The position numbers and the translations under genes were made by a program. From an uncultured virus (IMG/VR IMGVR_UViG_2061766007_002388) (Duplodnaviria; Heunggongvirae; Uroviricota; Caudoviricetes): a stretch of DNA of 64,000 nt. The stretch lies in IMG/VR virus record IMGVR_UViG_2061766007_002388, one strand, 5' to 3'. The notes below the pieces were generated by a model. It made no database searches. It saw nothing but the letters and a program-made list of their open reading frames with translations, and was not told where the DNA came from. Positions 29,493 through 40,564 of the stretch are shown here, one piece after another (the first letter of the stretch is position 1; each line of letters starts with the position of its first letter).

Positions 29493-31355
29493 TTGAAAGA
29501 ATCAGTTATTGAAGTTTTATCAGATCGAGAACATGTATTACTAAGACCCCAAATTTATATTGGTGATACAACAACATCCCTTAAAAAGAATTGGGTGTTT
29601 GATAAAGATAAAAATCGATTTGTGGTAGCAGATACACCATTCAATGAAGGATTTTATAAATTATATTCAGAGATTATCGATAATGCAATTGATGAATATA
29701 TTAAAACAAATGGTGCATATGGTAATAAAATCGAAGTTTATATAAAGGATCGAAATCATATTATTGTAAAAGATAACGGACGTGGTGTCCCAACTTCTTT
29801 ACATCCTCAATTTAAAAATAAAACATCATTCGAAATAGCATTTACTTTTTTAAAAGCCGGAAGCAATTTTCATAAAGGGACTGAGAAATCAGAATCAGAT
29901 ACAAATACTGGACTCAATGGTGTTGGTGTTTCTCTTGTTAATATACTTTCAACAACATTTAATGTTACAACAGAGAACAAAAACGCAAGATATATTTTAA
30001 AGTGTAGTGATCACATGAGTAAAATATCTTGTAAAGAACAACCGTTGATGTGGCACGTTGGCACAACAGTGGAAGCTGTAATTGATATGGATTGTTTTGA
30101 AAATTCCGAATTAATTACAAAAAATGATGTTAAATTATGGTGCTTTAAAAGATTAACAGAACTTCATACTTTTTATCCTGGAATTGATTTTTATTTCAAT
30201 GATCAAAAACTCGATAAAACAATTTTTGATTTTATAAATCCACTTTATAATTCAAATAAAGATAATAAAGGCAATAATCTTACTATTATCTTCAAACAAA
30301 ATAATGATGAATGTAATATGTCTTATGTTAATGGATTAAACACATATGACGGTGGTTCTCATTTGAATTATATTGAAGATACTGTTTATTCTTTGTTGCA
30401 TAAAAAGATAAACAAAAAATATAAAACAGAATTTAAAGTGGAAGATATTCAAAAGAAATTTTTAATACTTTTTTCATTAAACAATTTTCCGAATCCTAAA
30501 TTTGCAACACAAAATAAAACCAAACTTATAACACCAAGAAATAAAATTAAAGATTACGTTAATGATCAGTTTATCGAAAAATCTGTTAACTATTTCTTAT
30601 CAAAATTTGAAAATGAAATAGAAGAACTTGTTCAACAAATGGAAGATTTTATTCTTGGTAAAATTATCAAAAAAGATAAAAAAGCAAGAATGAACATTCC
30701 AAAATTAATTGAAGCAAATACAAAATTCCGCAAAGAAGCTATTTTGTTTATAACAGAGGGTTTGTCAGCTTCCGGAATGTTTATTCGTTCAAGAAATAAA
30801 TCCATTCATGCTTGTTATCCTCTTAGGGGTAAAATTTTAAACGTTTATGAAAAAACTTCTAAGAAGATGGTTGAATCACAAGAATTAAAACAACTTATGC
30901 AAGTTATCGGATTAGAAGTAGGAAAGATTCCGGCAAATTTAAATTACGGAAAAATATGCATTATGACAGATGCAGATCCAGATGGTGATGATATATTCAG
31001 TCTTCTTTGTATTCTTTTTTATAAATATTGGCCTGATCTCTTTGAAAAAAATATGATATATAGAATCCACGCCCCACTAATTGTCGCAACAAAAGGAAAA
31101 GAAAAGAGAGTATATTATACACTTGAAGAATATAACAATGATCTTAATTACATAACACAAAATAAATGGGCTACAAGTTACTACAAAGGACTTGGTAAAA
31201 TGTCCGAAGATGATTATAGAGAGATGTTAAATAATCCGACAGAATCACTTATTACTATTAATGATGCAGAAAAAACAAATAAAATTTTTCAAATACTTTT
31301 TGGTGAAGATACCGATCAACGTAAAAATTGGTTACAGGGTGAAGAAATAATTTAA
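29493..31355 (+). CDS. type IIA topoisomerase, GyrB-like subunit (T4 gp39+gp60 equivalent)
   Basis: EHVLLRP..YIG, EIIDNAIDE, DNGRG, G.NGVG, EGLSA, PLRGKILN, MTDADPDG and YYKGLG. Confidence 0.95.
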   Translation: MKESVIEVLSDREHVLLRPQIYIGDTTTSLKKNWVFDKDKNRFVVADTPFNEGFYKLYSEIIDNAIDEYIKTNGAYGNKIEVYIKDRNHIIVKDNGRGVPTSLHPQFKNKTSFEIAFTFLKAGSNFHKGTEKSESDTNTGLNGVGVSLVNILSTTFNVTTENKNARYILKCSDHMSKISCKEQPLMWHVGTTVEAVIDMDCFENSELITKNDVKLWCFKRLTELHTFYPGIDFYFNDQKLDKTIFDFINPLYNSNKDNKGNNLTIIFKQNNDECNMSYVNGLNTYDGGSHLNYIEDTVYSLLHKKINKKYKTEFKVEDIQKKFLILFSLNNFPNPKFATQNKTKLITPRNKIKDYVNDQFIEKSVNYFLSKFENEIEELVQQMEDFILGKIIKKDKKARMNIPKLIEANTKFRKEAILFITEGLSASGMFIRSRNKSIHACYPLRGKILNVYEKTSKKMVESQELKQLMQVIGLEVGKIPANLNYGKICIMTDADPDGDDIFSLLCILFYKYWPDLFEKNMIYRIHAPLIVATKGKEKRVYYTLEEYNNDLNYITQNKWATSYYKGLGKMSEDDYREMLNNPTESLITINDAEKTNKIFQILFGEDTDQRKNWLQGEEII

Positions 31356-31368
31356 TGGAGAATTTAAA

Positions 31369-31695
31369 ATGATGATTATTGTAAATGCTGATAATTTTAA
31401 AGAAGAAGTTACTGAATTTAAGGGGCAAGTTATTGTTGAATTTGGCTCTGGTTCTTGTAGTAAATGCAAAATGCTGAAATCACATATTGAACAACTTTCA
31501 GAAGAATATACAGATAATATGGATGTCAAATTTACAGAAATGAATATAGATGCAAATATTGAATTAGCTATGTCACTTGGTATTAGAAGTATTCCCGCTA
31601 TTAAAATTTTTAAAAATGGTGAGGAAGTATGGAGTAAAGCTGGTTTATTTTCCGTATCCGTTTTAAAAGATGCTATAAAACAAAACATGAAATAA
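31369..31695 (+). CDS. thioredoxin
   Basis: CSKC active site and GIRSIP. Confidence 0.85.
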   Translation: MMIIVNADNFKEEVTEFKGQVIVEFGSGSCSKCKMLKSHIEQLSEEYTDNMDVKFTEMNIDANIELAMSLGIRSIPAIKIFKNGEEVWSKAGLFSVSVLKDAIKQNMK

Positions 31696-32448
31696 ATGGA
31701 GTTAAAAATGGTAGAAGATTTAACTGTACATCAAAAATCTATAAATGATTTCATTAAGGGTGTTGCAAAAACTTATCACTGCGAACATTGTGAAATAGAT
31801 TTACAATTTCCCATAAATCAAGACAAGGGAAAAATATGTCCATTTTGTAAACGGGATTTGGTTGAAGGAAGTTGTAAGAAAAAAGTTTCTGAAGATGAAA
31901 CAACGGAGAAACATGATAAAGTAAAACTTCTCGTTTTTAGAGATGATAATAATAAAATTGTTGATATCAAAGAAGTAGATGACGAAACATTTGAAAAAGT
32001 AACTTCTGAAAATCATAATGAAAATATAGACGTTGAAAAAACACCGAAAATAGAATGGACACAAGTCGAAGGTGGAAAAATTTATCCTCTTAATGAATTA
32101 TCGAATTTTGAAAATGGAATAATTGTTATTGTTTATAAGCAACAGGAATTTTGCGGAATAACAAATGTCATTGAAAAAATGATAATACCCGCGATTGAAA
32201 AATTTAAAAAATCGTTTGATGATGATAAAAAAATAAACGTTTTTTATAAATCATGTATAAAAAATAAAGAAAGTTACATCAATAAAAAAAGCAATCTTTA
32301 TCCTCAAATTGCGATTTTTTATAAAAATAATAATGATTTTTACTTTATTGAACACATTAACATTAAAGATTTGGATGAAGATACGATTTTTAATAAATTT
32401 CTCTATATTTCTACAATTGCCGAAAAAAATTATCCAACTAATAACTAA
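31696..32448 (+). CDS. zinc-ribbon protein
   Basis: CEHC...CPFC. Confidence 0.6.
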   Translation: MELKMVEDLTVHQKSINDFIKGVAKTYHCEHCEIDLQFPINQDKGKICPFCKRDLVEGSCKKKVSEDETTEKHDKVKLLVFRDDNNKIVDIKEVDDETFEKVTSENHNENIDVEKTPKIEWTQVEGGKIYPLNELSNFENGIIVIVYKQQEFCGITNVIEKMIIPAIEKFKKSFDDDKKINVFYKSCIKNKESYINKKSNLYPQIAIFYKNNNDFYFIEHINIKDLDEDTIFNKFLYISTIAEKNYPTNN

Positions 32449-32503
32449 TTTCCAAACATTAAAAAAACTCCATAAATATAGTTGATTTTTAAAGTTTTTA
32501 TCA

Positions 32504-35500
32504 TTGACAGATTGTCGGAGAAGTGCATTGAATATACAATATAGAATTTTAGGTTCAGAATCACAATATATGACATTAAAAAATGAACCGATTAGAAACA
32601 TACACCAGTACGGCGCAGTTCAACTTGCATGTTCAGTTTCTGATGCAAATGACGGTAGATTCATACAAGCTACTATTTCAAAGTATCCTGTATATGAAGT
32701 AAATGAACCCATTGATATACCATGTTTTCAATGTATACTCAGAAAAAATGATGATGATTCTTACAGTGTTCATCCTGGATATGATTCCATTGGTCGGTTT
32801 TTTAAATTAGAACCCCCATCTGGAACATATACTGAAACTGTTTATTTGGTTTTTAATATCGCGGGGCATTATGAAGTAACATTTAAAGAATATAATGCAA
32901 GTGGTTATCTCCAGCAATCTTTATCAGCATATTTTGAAGTTGATGATTTAAGAACACTTACAATTTCTCCATCTTATACCAGTGAAGGTGTTGAATTTGG
33001 TGGATGGAGTAGAAGTATAACTGACTCACAATATACACTTTTACAAAACACTTCCAATGAAATCAAAATATGTAAATTTGTTGAAGAAGAACATGAAATT
33101 TGGGATATGTGTGGTGTTTCTGGTACCGGTATATATAGAGGAAAAAATGAATTTATATATAATGGTAGAGACGTCGATGATAGTATAAATGATAAAGATA
33201 ATTATGGTATAATTATTGCAAAATATAAAGATTGTATTTTACAAGACAATGAATATTCTTCTAATTCATTTAGCGATACAATTTTATATAAAGTTGCATT
33301 TAAAGGCACATTTTTAATTAAAGAAACATTAGATAGTCCATATACTCCATCATTTGTTTCCGAAGATGGAAGATTTTATTATGATAGAATTAATCACGAA
33401 TTAACAGATGATTCCACAAAGGGTGCATATGTTGGAAAATATGACAGTGAAAGTTATATTTTAACAATAGATACCAATATTTCATCCACTCTCGGTGGTT
33501 TAACAATAGATTGTGATCCTGGCGATTTATTAACAGGCTCTATTGATAATACATGGGAAAATTTAAAACTTGGTGAAGAAGGACAGATTTTAACTGTTGA
33601 CAAAGAAAATAAAAAACCCAAGTGGGATTATCCCAGCAGCAATTGTGTTGTTTTTAAAGAATTTCAGCCTGGAGATTTAAAACCTAGATTTGAAATTTCA
33701 TCGGGTGAATGTGTATGCATTGCTGAAATATATGAAAATGATTCTATTAATATCAGAGAAAATGGTTTGGGTGATTGGTCTGTCAACGAAAAAGGAGATT
33801 TGATATTAGCAGGAATTTCTTATATTGATTATATTATGGTAGAAAATGAAGATAATCCTGAAGAATTAGATTATGTTACAGAAGATGAAGAAACTTTCAT
33901 ACTCAATTCTGATCCAGTGAATACATATGGTTCGGGTTTGCCTGATGATGTTGCCATTAATACCTATGCAACAATGGGATCTTGTTGCACTGAAGGTGAT
34001 TTTCATATAGAGGAACATAATGAAATAGAATCTAATATAACAACCATAACAGAAGATTTTATTAGAAATAATAGAATTTTTTCTTATGGAAAAAATACTA
34101 ATATTGTGTGGAATTGGTATTTGAACGTTGTTTCCGATGAACTACAACCAAGAAGTGAAGTGAATTTATGTTACAAATTATTCAATACTGAAACTAAGGA
34201 ATTTATCGATGATGAACACATTGCAGTTGAACGTGTAATTAATGTCACAAATCAAAAAGATTTTTACACGTATGATTTCCTACCAATTAATAATCATGAT
34301 GGAATACTCGCATATGTTTCTTCTTCAATTGAAGATGAAGAAAAACGTTATTCAATAACTATACAATATGATTATGGAAACATATTCACTGAAGAAATAA
34401 TTGATATTAATGATTTATATGAAGAAACAGATCATGAAATATATGAAATATGTCATGATATGAAAATTATTAAACATGATGATTTTTATTCATTATATTT
34501 TGTTGTAATATATAAAAATGAAGAAGATCTTATTAAATCTGCATTATATTGTATAAATTTTAGTTTAAGACAAAAAAATCAAGATAATTTAAAATATGAA
34601 ATTGATATTTGTTCATATTATCGTAAAGATACCGGTGCTCCAGTTTTTTATGCGCAACCCGGTTCAGAAATTTCCGCAGGAACAGTTAAAAAGATGCGCG
34701 TAGAAAAAATTAATAAAAATCACGACATTATTATCCTGGGTATTGAACCGGTAAATGGCAATGCTATAAATTGGAAAATTTTTACATCATCTTTTGAAAA
34801 TAAAACGGCCCCCGAAATTTACTATTTTAATCAACTATTAAAAGATGATAAAAATGGCAATAATATATTAATAGATAATATACATGAAATTGAAGTGGCT
34901 AATATTCGAGAAGATTTATGTGTATTATTTTATTCATATGGTGAACTTAATTATTATAAAACAGTTCTTGTAACATATGATAATAGAATTGACGAAGAAT
35001 TAATTTCTGCAGATGTAAATGAAAAAAACTACAGACAACCGATACAAGTTATAGTGCCATCAGTTAATTCTTATATACCACCCACATTATCTAAAGATAC
35101 AATATTGGAGAATGGATCAACTTACAATTATGTTGGAATCGAACCTCTTGGAAATGATTCATTTGTTATTTTTTATACTATTGGAGATGGGTTTATTCGA
35201 GCAGCAATAGGAACGATAAATGAAATTTATGATAAAGATGAAAATGAAAAATTATCAAAAAAATTAGCTATTTATTGGCAAGAGTTGAATAAAGCTGTTT
35301 CGATTGTTGAAGATGAAGATAGTATAAAACATTCATTGTATTCAACATGTGTAAATCATTCACCCAATAGTTCTTGCACAGTTATGTGCAATATAATTTC
35401 ATTTGATGATAGTAAAGAATCGAGTTTAACAATGGAAAATAAAATAGGATCATTTAAATTTGAACCAATTTATAATAGTCCGATTATTGGTGTTGCATCA

Positions 35501-35689
35501 GAAAAAATTGATGAAGATAATTGGAAAGTTGGATTAAGCGGCATAGTTCAAATCAATAAAAACAACAATTGGGAATGGAAAATAGGTGAAAATTTATATT
35601 ACGATGATTTTGGTAAAATTGGAAATATTCCAACCAAACATTTATTAGGACAATGTATCGGTAAAAATAAAATTATAATGGTGAAATAA
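32504..35689 (+). CDS. large virion structural protein (tail-associated, putative)
   Basis: 1061 aa, acidic and beta-rich; G.EGQ.LTV fibre-like motif; C-terminal IGVA...G.V...W.IGE.LY; upstream CATAAATA; start uncertain. Confidence 0.55.
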   Translation: MTDCRRSALNIQYRILGSESQYMTLKNEPIRNIHQYGAVQLACSVSDANDGRFIQATISKYPVYEVNEPIDIPCFQCILRKNDDDSYSVHPGYDSIGRFFKLEPPSGTYTETVYLVFNIAGHYEVTFKEYNASGYLQQSLSAYFEVDDLRTLTISPSYTSEGVEFGGWSRSITDSQYTLLQNTSNEIKICKFVEEEHEIWDMCGVSGTGIYRGKNEFIYNGRDVDDSINDKDNYGIIIAKYKDCILQDNEYSSNSFSDTILYKVAFKGTFLIKETLDSPYTPSFVSEDGRFYYDRINHELTDDSTKGAYVGKYDSESYILTIDTNISSTLGGLTIDCDPGDLLTGSIDNTWENLKLGEEGQILTVDKENKKPKWDYPSSNCVVFKEFQPGDLKPRFEISSGECVCIAEIYENDSINIRENGLGDWSVNEKGDLILAGISYIDYIMVENEDNPEELDYVTEDEETFILNSDPVNTYGSGLPDDVAINTYATMGSCCTEGDFHIEEHNEIESNITTITEDFIRNNRIFSYGKNTNIVWNWYLNVVSDELQPRSEVNLCYKLFNTETKEFIDDEHIAVERVINVTNQKDFYTYDFLPINNHDGILAYVSSSIEDEEKRYSITIQYDYGNIFTEEIIDINDLYEETDHEIYEICHDMKIIKHDDFYSLYFVVIYKNEEDLIKSALYCINFSLRQKNQDNLKYEIDICSYYRKDTGAPVFYAQPGSEISAGTVKKMRVEKINKNHDIIILGIEPVNGNAINWKIFTSSFENKTAPEIYYFNQLLKDDKNGNNILIDNIHEIEVANIREDLCVLFYSYGELNYYKTVLVTYDNRIDEELISADVNEKNYRQPIQVIVPSVNSYIPPTLSKDTILENGSTYNYVGIEPLGNDSFVIFYTIGDGFIRAAIGTINEIYDKDENEKLSKKLAIYWQELNKAVSIVEDEDSIKHSLYSTCVNHSPNSSCTVMCNIISFDDSKESSLTMENKIGSFKFEPIYNSPIIGVASEKIDEDNWKVGLSGIVQINKNNNWEWKIGENLYYDDFGKIGNIPTKHLLGQCIGKNKIIMVK

Positions 35690-37152
35690 TGTCTTTAGAA
35701 ATTTTTTCAGTTGATGAACTTAATGAATTATTGAAGCCAACAGAACAACCGAAGAATTATGTTGAAATTGCATCCGGTAATCAAAATCCAAATCCTGATA
35801 CTGGTGATACCGACCCCATTGTTGATGGTGATAATGCCGGTACTGGTCTCGATGATGGTGCAGAACAACAAGCGAAAGAACAATTAAAAGCCCAAAAAGA
35901 ACAACTCAATTCTCAAGAAAATTCGAGCGGTGACTTAATATCAAGTAAAACACAAAATAATCCCAGCACCACAAAACCTGATGATGTTTTCAAAGATAAT
36001 GATTTTCTTCATTTTCCATATGTTGATAAAAATAATGATGAAGCAAACGAATTTGCAAATAATGGAATGTACTTTTTTAAATTAAAATATAATCCAAGTT
36101 TGCAAAGTAAAATAAAGCTGGACGAAAAAGATTTTAAAACACCATTTGATTATTTAATGGAAGAATTTGAAATGACTGAAAATGAAATAAAGGAATTTCT
36201 TCGTGGTGCGGTGAATACAGCTAGTGAAAAAATAAAAAATTTAATACCCGAAAAAATGCTAGATACATTACAAAAATCCGCCGATGCAATGGGTGCAGAA
36301 GGTTATTTAATGTCATATGGCATGCCAATTATAACAAATATTATGGGTGTTATAAGTAAAAACAGACAGGTGGCGAAACTTTTTAAAATACAAGAAAACG
36401 GGGGTATTGAAGCGTGGTCGGATGCTTTTTTTGGAAAAGATTATAAATTGGGACAACATGCATATACAGATTACGGTGACAGTGTCAACTACAATGAAAA
36501 ATCTTCTAAAACCAAATATATACTACTCCCACTCAATTCTATGAAAGTAAGTAGAAAAAATGGTGTAAGTGCAACATCCAATTTACATGGTTCTATAGCT
36601 AGATCAATGTTTGTTCAAAATCAAAAAGAATTACTTAATGATTCTAAACGTGGTGAAATATATAAAGCTGAGGGTTGGAGTGATAACCCATACAAAGGAT
36701 TTACATCAAATGGTGCAGATTTTGAAGAATTTAATTTAGAGTGGGACTTACTTCCTAAAAATGAAAGAGAAATGGAAGAAATAATGCAAATTATCGCATG
36801 GTTTCAACTTTCATGTGTTTCAAACATGGATTTGAATAATAGAAATAATACAATGGTGGTCCTTCCCCCGAGATGTGAAATGGGCATCATTACCTCAGAT
36901 TTAACTAAGGGAAAATCCATTCTTAAATTTCTTAGAAAACCGATGTTTATATATATTAAAGGAGTGAATATCGAACCCTTAGGAAATACTGGCGGTGTAT
37001 TATTAGGCCCTGAAGGCAATCCTATGGGTGTTAAATTATCCGTGAATGTAACAAAAGCATTACTGACAACAATTGATGATATTCTTCTTAATCGTGTCGG
37101 TACCGGTGAAGATGATAACGTAACTATTGGTAACATTCAGCCATTCAACTAA
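35689..37152 (+). CDS. baseplate tail-tube cap (T4 gp48-like)
   Basis: NPY..F....F.EFNLEWDLLPKNEREMEEIMQII.WF, LPP and G.PMGVKLSV. Confidence 0.72.
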   Translation: MSLEIFSVDELNELLKPTEQPKNYVEIASGNQNPNPDTGDTDPIVDGDNAGTGLDDGAEQQAKEQLKAQKEQLNSQENSSGDLISSKTQNNPSTTKPDDVFKDNDFLHFPYVDKNNDEANEFANNGMYFFKLKYNPSLQSKIKLDEKDFKTPFDYLMEEFEMTENEIKEFLRGAVNTASEKIKNLIPEKMLDTLQKSADAMGAEGYLMSYGMPIITNIMGVISKNRQVAKLFKIQENGGIEAWSDAFFGKDYKLGQHAYTDYGDSVNYNEKSSKTKYILLPLNSMKVSRKNGVSATSNLHGSIARSMFVQNQKELLNDSKRGEIYKAEGWSDNPYKGFTSNGADFEEFNLEWDLLPKNEREMEEIMQIIAWFQLSCVSNMDLNNRNNTMVVLPPRCEMGIITSDLTKGKSILKFLRKPMFIYIKGVNIEPLGNTGGVLLGPEGNPMGVKLSVNVTKALLTTIDDILLNRVGTGEDDNVTIGNIQPFN

Positions 37153-37156
37153 TGCC

Positions 37157-38461
37157 ATGTCATTATTCAATTTTAACAGAGAATTTGAAAAATCATTTCA
37201 AACATTTGCAAAAAAAGTTATAGTTTCAGGCTATATTGATACTTGTGAAATAACTAAATTAATATATAGTATTAATTCAATTCGTTTTTTTGAAAATGAA
37301 TTGGGATATATGGAATTATTATTAAAAGATAGTCGCGATTTAATTTTAGATAATTTCATTGTTTGTAATGGCGATAATGCAATAACAATTAATTTTTCCA
37401 GCAGTGTTGTTAATGAAAATTTTACATTTATAGGAAAAATTATTCAATTCACTCCAATAGATAAAGAAAATCAAATTTATAGTGTCAAAGCAGTATCACA
37501 TTGGAGATTTTGTAATTTCAATGCCGGACCATTGCAACTAGGCTTTCCTGGCATACTCGAAGTTTCTTCAATACTTTCAATGTTATTATATGACAGTTCT
37601 TTGTTGCCCGAAAATTACGGTTCTTTTAGTGTTATTGAACCAACACCAAATTGCAAAATTGAAAATTTTATTATACCTGGGTGGAATTTAACTCAGACTA
37701 TTTCATACTTAGTAAATTTTTGTAAAGAAGAAAATTCGGGATTTATGTTTTTTGAAGACACAAATCATTTTCTTAATATAATCAGTCAGCAGCAATTTAT
37801 AACTTCACATATAGAAGAAATTTATTCCATGGCATTTTCTAATGGGCAAAGTGTTCCAGAAAAAGAAAATGTTATAAAATATTCGAATAATGGCGTTTAT
37901 TATGATGTCATTTATAATTATGATTTTGCCGGATACGATTTAAAAAGCCTTCAAGAAAAAAAAGCATTTGGATTAAACAGTATTTTATTTGATTATGCTG
38001 ATAAAAATATTCATACAAATATTCATCGTTTTGGAAAATATTTTAATGATTTAAATGCGTTATATGATAAACATATTTTAAATATGGATTTAGAAACAAA
38101 TATTGTAAATCCCAAATATAATTTATATAATGAATTTCCAGATCGTGAATTATTTGATGCTTATGGGCGAAATAAAATTGCTTTTGGATTAATGGATAGT
38201 TTTAGGATTCGCATCAGAACAAATTTTAGAAATTTTAAATTGGGACAGAAAGTATATCTCAGACCTCCATCTGCAACTGGTTCAATAGAACATTTAACTG
38301 GTATATGGCATATTATAGGACTGGAACATAAGTATGAATCGGTTAGTGCAATTGATAATGCAAATTTCGTATACACAGATTTATATTTGGCGAGAGAATC
38401 ATTTAATATAGATAAAAAAATATCTGCCAAAAATATGTGCATCACAAAAACAACAAAATAA
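37157..38461 (+). CDS. putative baseplate hub protein (gp27-like)
   Basis: IPGWN...ISYL, FMFFED, LGQKV, LTGIWHIIGLEH and LYLARES. Confidence 0.55.
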   Translation: MSLFNFNREFEKSFQTFAKKVIVSGYIDTCEITKLIYSINSIRFFENELGYMELLLKDSRDLILDNFIVCNGDNAITINFSSSVVNENFTFIGKIIQFTPIDKENQIYSVKAVSHWRFCNFNAGPLQLGFPGILEVSSILSMLLYDSSLLPENYGSFSVIEPTPNCKIENFIIPGWNLTQTISYLVNFCKEENSGFMFFEDTNHFLNIISQQQFITSHIEEIYSMAFSNGQSVPEKENVIKYSNNGVYYDVIYNYDFAGYDLKSLQEKKAFGLNSILFDYADKNIHTNIHRFGKYFNDLNALYDKHILNMDLETNIVNPKYNLYNEFPDRELFDAYGRNKIAFGLMDSFRIRIRTNFRNFKLGQKVYLRPPSATGSIEHLTGIWHIIGLEHKYESVSAIDNANFVYTDLYLARESFNIDKKISAKNMCITKTTK

Positions 38462-38470
38462 AGGTGAAAA

Positions 38471-39091
38471 ATGAGTAAAACTGAAGAGTTAACGAAAATA
38501 ATAAATTTTTTAAAAAAGTATGATACAATAATGTATTGTTGTGAGTTTGGTGAAAGGAAAAAAATATCCGAAATAATCAAAATAAATGAAGATTTAACTG
38601 TTGATATTGGAAATGAGGCGACTTATAATGAAATTTTTTTGCCCGGTGAATTAACTGAAATTCCATTTAAAATTAATAATGTATATGGTGATTTTATTTC
38701 AAACAACGAAATGACAACCTTAAAAAATTTTCCAAATTCAATAACTGGCAAATTAAGATTGTATTGGAAAGAAAATATAAAAATATTAGATGAATTTCCT
38801 CGCGAAATAAGTAGATTGGATATTGAATATAAATACTTGCATTTTCATAATTCAAATGCTTTGAAAAATAAAGAAATTATTGAAGCTTCTGTAAGTAAAA
38901 GATCAACAATCGATGAAAGTAATATTTTTTGTGGTAATTTATTTCGGTTTATTGAAATTGATAATAATGGAAATCTCTACGCACTTCCTGATATATATGA
39001 TTATGATACAGGACAAAAAGCATATAAAAATGATCCTCTAATGAATACATTTACTACAGCCACAGATTGGTTAGTCAGAAGATTAGTATAA
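38471..39091 (+). CDS. LRR-like paralog family member 1
   Basis: N-terminal MSKTEELTKIINFL; INEDLTVD, IPFKI..V.GDF and TTLKNFP. Confidence 0.75.
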   Translation: MSKTEELTKIINFLKKYDTIMYCCEFGERKKISEIIKINEDLTVDIGNEATYNEIFLPGELTEIPFKINNVYGDFISNNEMTTLKNFPNSITGKLRLYWKENIKILDEFPREISRLDIEYKYLHFHNSNALKNKEIIEASVSKRSTIDESNIFCGNLFRFIEIDNNGNLYALPDIYDYDTGQKAYKNDPLMNTFTTATDWLVRRLV

Positions 39092-39106
39092 ATAAGGGTA
39101 ATAAAA

Positions 39107-39721
39107 ATGAATAAAACACAAGAAATGATTAAAATAATTAATTTTATAAAAGAATGTAGTGATTTGATTACATGTTTTCCAATTGATTCCGATGATGAAG
39201 AACAAAAAGTCAATGCATTTAAAATTAATGATGATTTTTCGCTGGATGTTGGAAATGAACAAATAGTAGTAGAATTTTATGTGCCCGATGAAATAAAAGA
39301 AATACCAGTTAAAATTAATATGGTGAATGGTAACTTTTTTCCTGGTGAATATACATGTTCATTTAAAAATTTCCCAAAAGAAGTTACAAGAGAAATGTAT
39401 TTATATTGGAATCCCAATTTAAACCCAATGATAGGATTTCCTTCAAAAATAGGTCGTTTAAACATTGACTACCGTTTTCTTTCTAGCAAAAATCCTTATG
39501 CGAGACAAAATAAAAAAATTATTGAAGCATCATGTGGTAATAATATTGATGAAAGTTACTTATTTCATCGTGATAAAGATTACCATGTGAAAATTCTTAC
39601 TATTGATAAGGGTGAATTAAAAGTACTTCCAGGTTTGTATCATTTTAGTGAACCTGTACCAGATTCTAATGATCCTGAATTATCAGAAGGATTAAAATGG
39701 ATGGAAAAATCATCCGATTAA
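39107..39721 (+). CDS. LRR-like paralog family member 2 (tandem paralog of member 1)
   Basis: MNKTQEMIKIINFI; INDDFSLD, IPVKI..V.GNF and SFKNFP. Confidence 0.75.
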   Translation: MNKTQEMIKIINFIKECSDLITCFPIDSDDEEQKVNAFKINDDFSLDVGNEQIVVEFYVPDEIKEIPVKINMVNGNFFPGEYTCSFKNFPKEVTREMYLYWNPNLNPMIGFPSKIGRLNIDYRFLSSKNPYARQNKKIIEASCGNNIDESYLFHRDKDYHVKILTIDKGELKVLPGLYHFSEPVPDSNDPELSEGLKWMEKSSD

Positions 39722-39728
39722 ATTTCCG

Positions 39729-39756
39729 TTGACTTTTCTAAAAAATAATTTAAAAT
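39729..39756 (+). promoter_or_regulatory. sigma70-like promoter
   Basis: TTGACT-N16-TAAAAT. Confidence 0.55.
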
Positions 39757-39794
39757 ACTGTTTGAATTTAGTTTTTTAAAGAGGTGAATAACTT

Positions 39795-39956
39795 ATGTTC
39801 GTACTTTTTATTTTTGCAATTATATCTATATTACTTTTAATTTTAAGTTTATTCATAACAAGTCTAGATCTTTTTGTGCTTTATATGATCGGGTTTGGAA
39901 TTATTATGGGAATTATGATTAGTTTTATTTCTTATTATTTTGAGGATGAAAAATGA
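39795..39956 (+). CDS. 53-aa membrane protein with two hydrophobic segments (not in the ORF track)
   Basis: GAGGTG RBS; MFVLFIFAIISILLLILSLFITSLDLFVLYMIGFGIIMGIMISFISYYFEDEK; ATGA overlap with the HD gene. Confidence 0.65.
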   Translation: MFVLFIFAIISILLLILSLFITSLDLFVLYMIGFGIIMGIMISFISYYFEDEK

Positions 39957-40564
39957 TCGAGATGTTATTTTTTATACGGGAAATGGAAGATTTAAAAAAA
40001 GAATTAACAAAACGAAATTTCATTCAAAGTTTAAATGCATTGATTTATGCTGAAGAAAAACATGACGGACAATATAGACACCCCAAAGTACTTCGAATAC
40101 CATATATTATGCACCCCGTAACTATGGCCTACCATGCTCTTGCTCTGAATATAGTTGATGATGATATATTATCTGCAATATTTTTACATGATGTAGTTGA
40201 AGATTGTGGAGTTCAAATAGAAGAACTTCCTGTAAATGAAAATGTCAAAGAAATAGTCAAGTTGGTTACAAAATCGAAGACAAATTTTTCCATTGATGAA
40301 TATTATAAAAAAATATCCGAAAATGTAAAAGCTTGCATTGTAAAATGTATAGATCGATGCCACAATGTAAGCTGCATGGCAGAAGCATTTAGTACAGAGA
40401 AATTGTGCAAATATATAGATGAAACTGAAACATATTTTCCAAAGTTATTTGAAAAATTAAAACAATATGATGAATATAAAAATATTAGCTGGCTTATAGA
40501 GTATCAAATTGGTAGTTTGATTAAATCCGCAAAACGAATTATTGAATCAGAGAGAATCAATTAA
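39953..40564 (+). CDS. HD-domain hydrolase, SpoT/MESH1 (small alarmone hydrolase)-like
   Basis: KHDGQYR, PYIMHP, LHDVVED, LVTK and K..DRCHN. Confidence 0.85.
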   Translation: MIEMLFFIREMEDLKKELTKRNFIQSLNALIYAEEKHDGQYRHPKVLRIPYIMHPVTMAYHALALNIVDDDILSAIFLHDVVEDCGVQIEELPVNENVKEIVKLVTKSKTNFSIDEYYKKISENVKACIVKCIDRCHNVSCMAEAFSTEKLCKYIDETETYFPKLFEKLKQYDEYKNISWLIEYQIGSLIKSAKRIIESERIN

